Of a DNA stretch of 20,000 bases, positions 14,643 to 20,000 are shown one piece after another. The position numbers were made by a program, and so were the translations under genes. Positions within the stretch are counted from its first letter, which is position 1. Every line of letters starts with the position of its first letter. The notes under the pieces were generated by a model. It was given only the letters and a program-made list of their open reading frames with translations, had not been told where the DNA came from and did no database searches. This DNA is from an uncultured virus (IMG/VR IMGVR_UViG_3300024239_000354) (taxonomy: Duplodnaviria > Heunggongvirae > Uroviricota > Caudoviricetes). The stretch lies in IMG/VR virus record IMGVR_UViG_3300024239_000354; one strand, 5' to 3'.

Positions 14643-15206
14643 TCACTTTTTTGCGGCTTTGATTACCGCAAGCATATCGCGCCCCGCGAGGGTGATCGAC
14701 TGTTCAAAAATGATTTCCATACCGATCTGACTGATCAGACTTTCTATCACTTCACGACCATTTTGAGCGTGGGTTACTTCACGACCACGGAATTTTACCT
14801 TGATCTTGACCTTATCGCCATCCTCAAGGAATTCCTTGGTTTTGCGTGCCTTGATGGAAATATCGTTATCATCAGTCACAGGGCGAAGTTGGATTTCGCG
14901 AACGTGAACCTCATTAGCACGAGCTTTTTGACGTTCGGCGCGTTCACGCTTTTCCTTTTCAAATTTGTACTTCCCGTGGTCGAGTATCTTGCAGACCGGG
15001 GTATCCCCATCCGCGATCAAGACCAAATCCAGACCAAGATTACGGGCGCGATCTAATGCCTCCCGTCGAGAAATGATTTCGCTACCATTGTCGCTGACAA
15101 CACGAACTTGTTGGGCGCGAATGGCGTCGTTGATCATATCTCCGTGTACTTCTCGTTTCATGTTATCCTTTCTGAAGGCGTCCTGACTAAGTTTCAATGT
15201 GGACAT
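14643..15206 (-). CDS. infC: Translation initiation factor IF-3
   Basis: INDAIRA.QVRVV...EAL..A...GLDLVLI...PVCKILDHGKYKFE...REIQLRP.TD.ND...FLEDGDKVKI.VKFRGRE. Start at ATG 15206 or 15161. Confidence 0.95.
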   Translation of the reverse strand: MSTLKLSQDAFRKDNMKREVHGDMINDAIRAQQVRVVSDNGSEIISRREALDRARNLGLDLVLIADGDTPVCKILDHGKYKFEKEKRERAERQKARANEVHVREIQLRPVTDDNDISIKARKTKEFLEDGDKVKIKVKFRGREVTHAQNGREVIESLISQIGMEIIFEQSITLAGRDMLAVIKAAKK

Positions 15207-15320
15207 TTGTTGATCCCGGTCTTGATTGAATTTTGAAATGGGAAACCACGAGAGTAATACCCTCGTGGCTGTATGGTACTATTAGATAGTATGCATGTTT
15301 TCCCATGGTCGTTCGACCAA

Positions 15321-15349
15321 ACTCTACGGGGCGTTGAAGCGGTAGTCAA
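15321..15349 (-). promoter_or_regulatory. Sigma70-type promoter for infC-CYTH
   Basis: TTGACT-N17-TAGAGT on the minus strand immediately after the clpX stop. Confidence 0.6.
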
Positions 15350-15354
15350 CAAGA

Positions 15355-16623
15355 TTACGCCGGTTCGCTCTGCTCGGTTTGTTCGGTCATAAAAACCTTC
15401 AACGGTTCTGCTTCACCACGTACCACTTCCCCACTAATCACAACCTTGCTGATACCCTGATCATGATAGTCGGGGAGGTGATATTGAACCGGTAAAAGGC
15501 ATCCTTCCATCACGCTGCGTAGACCACGAGCGCCGGTTTTGCGGGTTTTGCAAGTCTTTGCAACTTCGGTGAGGGCATTTTCTGTAAATTCCAGACCAAC
15601 CTTTTCGAGACTGAACATCTTGCTAAACTGTTTTACCAGAGCGTTCTTCGGTTCGGTCAAAATTTGGACAAGCTGTTCTTCGGATAGATCGTTCACATGA
15701 GTGTGAACCGGGAACCGACCGATGAATTCCGGTATCATACCGAACTTGATGAGGTCGCTTGGTTCCAGGCGGCGCAGAAGATTCGCGGTGTCTTCGTCGG
15801 TGCGTTCCTTTGAGTGCTTCACCGTGGCGTTGAAGCCAATGCTGCCTTTGGGTGAAATGCGTTTGTTGACGATTTCATCCAACCCGACAAACGCACCTGA
15901 TGCAATGAACAGGATGTTGCGGGTATCGACGGTGAGAAATTCCTGCTGCGGGTGCTTACGACCCCCCTGCGGTGGAACACGGCACACGGTGCCTTCGACC
16001 ATCTTCAATAGCGCCTGCTGCACACCCTCGCCCGACACATCGCGGGTGATCGACGGGCTGTCGGACTTGCGGCTAATTTTGTCGATTTCATCAATGAAGA
16101 TGATGCCGCGCTGGGCTTTCTCGACGTTGTATTCGGCGTTCTGTAGCAGCTTTGCGATGATGCTCTCAACGTCATCACCCACATACCCGGCTTCGGTCAA
16201 CGTGGTGGCGTCGGCCATAGCGAACGGCACATCCAGCATCCGAGCAATGGATTGCGCCAACAGCGTCTTACCGCAGCCGGTCGGTCCAACCAGAAGAATA
16301 TTGGATTTTTCGATCTCCACATCATCGATGACGGGGTTCTGTAGGCGTTTATAGTGGTTATGAACTGCTACCGACATCACCATCTTCGCGTAATCCTGCC
16401 CAATCACATACTGGTCAAGGAATTCGTGAATTTGGCGCGGGGTAGGGGTTTGGTTATCCTTTGTGAGGATGGGTTTTTCCTCTTCTGCAATAATACCGTG
16501 GCACAATTCAATGCATTCATCGCAAATATAAACGTTTGGACCTGCAATCAGTTTTTTGACTTGATCCTGACGCTTAGAGCAGAACGAGCATTCCAGTGAC
16601 TTATCGTCTTTCTTATCGACCAT
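15355..16623 (-). CDS. clpX: ATP-dependent Clp protease ATP-binding subunit ClpX
   Basis: C4 zinc-binding domain (CSFC...ICDEC), Walker [13 protein letters not shown] pore loop, Walker [12 protein letters not shown] loop and IGF loop. Confidence 0.98.
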   Translation of the reverse strand: MVDKKDDKSLECSFCSKRQDQVKKLIAGPNVYICDECIELCHGIIAEEEKPILTKDNQTPTPRQIHEFLDQYVIGQDYAKMVMSVAVHNHYKRLQNPVIDDVEIEKSNILLVGPTGCGKTLLAQSIARMLDVPFAMADATTLTEAGYVGDDVESIIAKLLQNAEYNVEKAQRGIIFIDEIDKISRKSDSPSITRDVSGEGVQQALLKMVEGTVCRVPPQGGRKHPQQEFLTVDTRNILFIASGAFVGLDEIVNKRISPKGSIGFNATVKHSKERTDEDTANLLRRLEPSDLIKFGMIPEFIGRFPVHTHVNDLSEEQLVQILTEPKNALVKQFSKMFSLEKVGLEFTENALTEVAKTCKTRKTGARGLRSVMEGCLLPVQYHLPDYHDQGISKVVISGEVVRGEAEPLKVFMTEQTEQSEPA

Positions 16624-16657
16624 TTATACCATCCTCTGAAGAGAGCATCTTCTATAT

Positions 16658-17095
16658 TTAGTTTTCATACAAGGCACAGAAGTGGTTGGATAGTGTATCT
16701 AAGCTATCATACGGTATGATCCCGTGGAGTGTCAGTATTGCGTCAATCTCTGGTGTGATGCAATTACCAATTACTATTGGTTTTTTCTTACCTTCAATCG
16801 CTGCCCCGAGCGCAACCAGATCAAACGGGGCAGCATTATCTAGGTGAATGATTACATAATTGACGCATTGAAGGTGATGCCATGTCCAATGGAAATGATC
16901 CACAGAAATCGTTTCTTCCTCAATAGTGAAGAAAGAAAGATTTTTGCTGCGCCATTCATCATGCGCGATAGTGGTGAGATCATGTTTCCATTGATTTCCA
17001 CAACCAAGAAGGAGAAAACTAATTTCATCCTTCTTGGGGAGCCACAGGCTAGGGTATGTTACAAGGGTGAACGTTGTTTTACGTGATTCAATCAT
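16658..17095 (-). CDS. Hypothetical protein (145 aa)
   Basis: Start overlaps the upstream stop (ATGATTGA); alternating alpha/beta pattern; no confident family. Confidence 0.65.
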   Translation of the reverse strand: MIESRKTTFTLVTYPSLWLPKKDEISFLLLGCGNQWKHDLTTIAHDEWRSKNLSFFTIEEETISVDHFHWTWHHLQCVNYVIIHLDNAAPFDLVALGAAIEGKKKPIVIGNCITPEIDAILTLHGIIPYDSLDTLSNHFCALYEN

Positions 17096-18650
17096 GCTCT
17101 ACATGCTCATTGCCCGTAACAAAAGGCTGTTTCTTGGCTGGGCGAACGGTACGTGGGTCAAGCCAACCGGTACCAGCGACGGTTTTCTGCTTATTCATGT
17201 CAAGAGCTATCAAAACCTTTTCCAACTCACGTAACACCGGGAACGGAACTTCATCGCGGAGTTCCGCTTTTAGATCATCAACCACATTAGGATTGCGTTT
17301 GATGATCTGGACGATGTTTTCGGTAACTGCATCCTCGATATACATATCATCATGATCATCGATAATCACATGATCGGTAGTACCCATTTCGTTCGCAATC
17401 ACCATCGACCCTACCGCAGTTTCCATTGGGTTGTCGATTTCTTTTTCAATGTCCTCGATATCCGGTTCTGCCGTTACTTCTGGTTGTGGAATATTTATAT
17501 GTGGTACCCCTGTAATTACCGGTATCTCAAGGTGTTCGAGTGGGTCGCAAAATTCTTCAATGACATCTTCCAACACGGGTTCCAACACGGGGCGCCCCGC
17601 TACTTCTATTTCTGGTTCTATATCCGGGGTATGATGAACCACGTTTAGTTCCGGTTCCGGCTCATGATGAATAACCGGAGCTTGCATTATTTGTGGTGCT
17701 GCTTGGAATTGAACCACAACGGGTGTAGGCGCTTGAACTGGCGCAGGGGCGGGTGTTTGGTCAGCATGAATGATATGTTCTGCTTCTGCCTGTTTTAGAG
17801 CAATTTCCGCCCGAAGTTCTAACCGCTCCCGCTCCCGCTCATCTTCCCACTGTTGTTCTTCCTGCCGTTTCCGGGTGGCTTCTTCCGCCTCAATTTTCAT
17901 GCGTTCGGCGTTTTCTTCTTTGCGTTGAAGATGGCGTTCGTATGCGAACGTTGTGGCGATGACCAACCACACCGCGAATGGGTCAAACGGAATCATCAGC
18001 ATAATAATGAAAATGTTAACCGCTGAACTGGTGTCCATATTAAACATGTTTGCGGCATACGTCACCGGTCCCATTTTTGCAGAAACCGCAGCGACCGATT
18101 GGTGCTTGGCAAGTTTTGCTTTTTCTATTTCTTCGATTTGACCAAAAGCTACACGGATTGTGCTTTCCACTTCAGCGCGCTCTTTCCGCTGGCGGTCACG
18201 AATAGCTGATGCATTGGTAAGTTTGTCAGTACCGATCATCCCGTTAACCATGTCGTCCATCTGTTTGAGGCGCGCTTGGTTACGGCTGATGTTCTGTTGC
18301 TGAAGTTCTTTTTGCTGGTCAAGTAGCCGTATTTCGGCTTCTACCGCTTCGAGTGGGGTGTTCTGGTTGTGATGGGCGGCAGAGATGAAACCATAAATGC
18401 CCATCATGGTGATGAGCATGACTGATCCCACGAAAAAAACGCCAGTATACTTGAGATACCTCGGGGCAACCCCCCAGTAATAATGAAGGAAACCGGTGGC
18501 GATAAGTTTTGAAGTTTCAAGAACCGCGCCGAATACCATGATTGGTATGGCCGCAGCAGCCGCGAATTCCGCCAGACCTACTACGGAGAAAAAGCCTGCT
18601 ACGCCTGCCAATGCCAGTGCGGCTAATCCTAAAAGAATGACTGTTATCAT
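17088..18650 (-). CDS. Multi-pass membrane protein with coiled coils and an acidic/Pro-rich tail
   Basis: Three N-terminal hydrophobic segments, a coiled coil, a fourth hydrophobic segment (IFIIMLMIPFDPFAVWLVIA), an E/R-rich coil and a P/E/V-rich tail; GAGG SD. Confidence 0.8.
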   Translation of the reverse strand: MITVILLGLAALALAGVAGFFSVVGLAEFAAAAAIPIMVFGAVLETSKLIATGFLHYYWGVAPRYLKYTGVFFVGSVMLITMMGIYGFISAAHHNQNTPLEAVEAEIRLLDQQKELQQQNISRNQARLKQMDDMVNGMIGTDKLTNASAIRDRQRKERAEVESTIRVAFGQIEEIEKAKLAKHQSVAAVSAKMGPVTYAANMFNMDTSSAVNIFIIMLMIPFDPFAVWLVIATTFAYERHLQRKEENAERMKIEAEEATRKRQEEQQWEDERERERLELRAEIALKQAEAEHIIHADQTPAPAPVQAPTPVVVQFQAAPQIMQAPVIHHEPEPELNVVHHTPDIEPEIEVAGRPVLEPVLEDVIEEFCDPLEHLEIPVITGVPHINIPQPEVTAEPDIEDIEKEIDNPMETAVGSMVIANEMGTTDHVIIDDHDDMYIEDAVTENIVQIIKRNPNVVDDLKAELRDEVPFPVLRELEKVLIALDMNKQKTVAGTGWLDPRTVRPAKKQPFVTGNEHVEHD

Positions 18651-18786
18651 CGTGTTACCTCAAGTTTGTCCAAAGTTTTGTGCCTGTGTGTGCCCTTTTT
18701 CGAGCCATAGACACGTATTTATCCCTTTGGACAGGCAGGAACGTACCACGCACTCTCCTATAAACTCAATTTTGTAAAGGAACAGA

Positions 18787-19452
18787 TTAGAAACCCCACC
18801 ATGAAGTAATGTATTTCCGCCAGACGCGGGACTTCAGACCATAGTAATCGACTCCGGTGATTGCTACGTCATGGTGGGTGGCAAGAGCATCTGCGAAATT
18901 TGAATTGACAAAATCGGCTTCGGTTAGTGCCTCGCGGACGGTTTCATATGCAACCGGGTCTTCCGTAGTCAATGTGGCTAGGTCAACCCTTGTATTCGCC
19001 CCAATCCCTTTTACAAGGTCATGGTACTTTTTGCTCCATGTGTATCGGAACCCGTTCATCGGGAAGACAATGTATAGCATTCCGTCATCTACCACGCGGT
19101 GAGGGTCAGAATTACAGATGATGGACTCGTGGAAATTTGCGTGAACGCCCGCTTCATGCCCCGCATTGATCAACAGTTCATTCGCGGCGCTCGTTATGGG
19201 AAGATCGATTTTGCGAGGAATACGCGCCCTGAAGAGTGGGTGTTCGGTTTCACGGCATCCACGATAGAGAGGGTTACGACCGCGTTGGTACATTGCTATT
19301 ACTTCACTGCAATGCGCTTCTAATTTCTCCCGGACTTTCTCGGTAAATTCACCCCAGTCTTGGTTGAATTCCGGGGCTTCGGAGTGGAATTCCGAAGCCC
19401 CATCGATCATTGGACGGAATTGATATTCGGAGAGAAGTTCGCGGACGCGCAT
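18787..19452 (-). CDS. Hypothetical phage protein (221 aa)
   Basis: TAATG overlap with the upstream gene; MRVRELLSE N-terminus; PLYRG...YIVFP.NGF.YTWS motifs. Confidence 0.7.
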   Translation of the reverse strand: MRVRELLSEYQFRPMIDGASEFHSEAPEFNQDWGEFTEKVREKLEAHCSEVIAMYQRGRNPLYRGCRETEHPLFRARIPRKIDLPITSAANELLINAGHEAGVHANFHESIICNSDPHRVVDDGMLYIVFPMNGFRYTWSKKYHDLVKGIGANTRVDLATLTTEDPVAYETVREALTEADFVNSNFADALATHHDVAITGVDYYGLKSRVWRKYITSWWGF

Positions 19453-20000
19453 TAGATGTCGATCTTGGTTGCAGTGATCGCGCCTTCGGCAACCGTCAGA
19501 TCGGAAGTCAGCGGGCTGGCGCCAACGCTCCGAATAACGGAACCTTGTGGGATGCCATCAACAACGGTCGGGTTGTAGTAATAGGTGTTTGACGGGAAGA
19601 TGTCGGACATCATTGCACGAGCAACCAGACGTTTCACGGCGGTTTCCCCTTGGAGGATATCAACACCAGAAGGGGAGTTCTCAAGATTATGGGTATAGAC
19701 GCAATCAATACGGTCATACCCAACTGTAAATGCGAAAGAGGTCGGTGCTGTATCGGCGGAACCACCAATTTTTGTAAAATTTCCAACTAAAATTGGGGAT
19801 GCGTGCATACTAATTTGTTGTTGAATTTCCTGCCAGCGGAAATTGGCCGCTTCTTTCTTAGTAGAAGTGTCTTCCGAACTCGGTAATGGGTTATACTGTT
19901 CCGGCTGAGTGTTGTCAATGAAACCGTCGTTGTTCGCGGCAAAAGGGGTGCCGTCGATGGTCACTCGGTAATAAGCTTGTTGTTGGGAATAGGTAGGCAT
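19452..20000 (-). CDS. Hypothetical phage protein, possibly structural; start is at the window edge
   Basis: Open frame of 182 aa beginning with ATG at 20000; upstream context not visible. Confidence 0.65.
   Translation of the reverse strand: MPTYSQQQAYYRVTIDGTPFAANNDGFIDNTQPEQYNPLPSSEDTSTKKEAANFRWQEIQQQISMHASPILVGNFTKIGGSADTAPTSFAFTVGYDRIDCVYTHNLENSPSGVDILQGETAVKRLVARAMMSDIFPSNTYYYNPTVVDGIPQGSVIRSVGASPLTSDLTVAEGAITATKIDI

Noticed and set aside
1..20000. Genome-wide TAG reassignment (genetic code 15)
   Set aside because: All long genes, including the structural ones, are intact under code 11 and only one in-frame TAG was found.
1..20000. Bacterial chromosome origin, suggested by clpX, clpS, infC, rpsU and hsp20
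   Set aside because: The usual operon partners (clpP, clpA, rpmI-rplT, thrS) are absent, and the genes are interleaved with phage-type hypothetical, structural and endonuclease genes.

Overview
This window looks like part of a large (jumbo, T4-related) lytic phage genome, probably infecting an alphaproteobacterium. The inference rests on dense gene packing, TAAATA late-type motifs alongside sigma70 promoters, two virion-type genes, a zinc-ribbon-repeat endonuclease, and host-like genes lacking their usual bacterial neighbours. It carries proteostasis genes (clpS, an hsp20 with a ROSE-like RNA thermometer leader, clpX), translation genes (rpsU/bS21, infC, a Pth2-type peptidyl-tRNA hydrolase), a NadR-like P-loop kinase and a CYTH protein. 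The highlight is a GC-rich minus-strand module (about 4372-10060): PP2C phosphatase, YegI-like Ser/Thr kinase, nicotinamidase-like cysteine hydrolase and vWA/TerY protein. This is a TerY-P-like triad with an added amidase, and its phosphatase and kinase promoters share an identical 12-bp TTGACAACCCTG. Inside the module is a gene missed by the ORF track (9031..8744) that is interrupted by one in-frame TAG, while none of the other 24 genes called here ends in TAG. A promoter-to-terminator unit of about 165 nt at 4022-4221 is a candidate sRNA or attenuator. All family calls come from motif recognition by eye; no searches were run.
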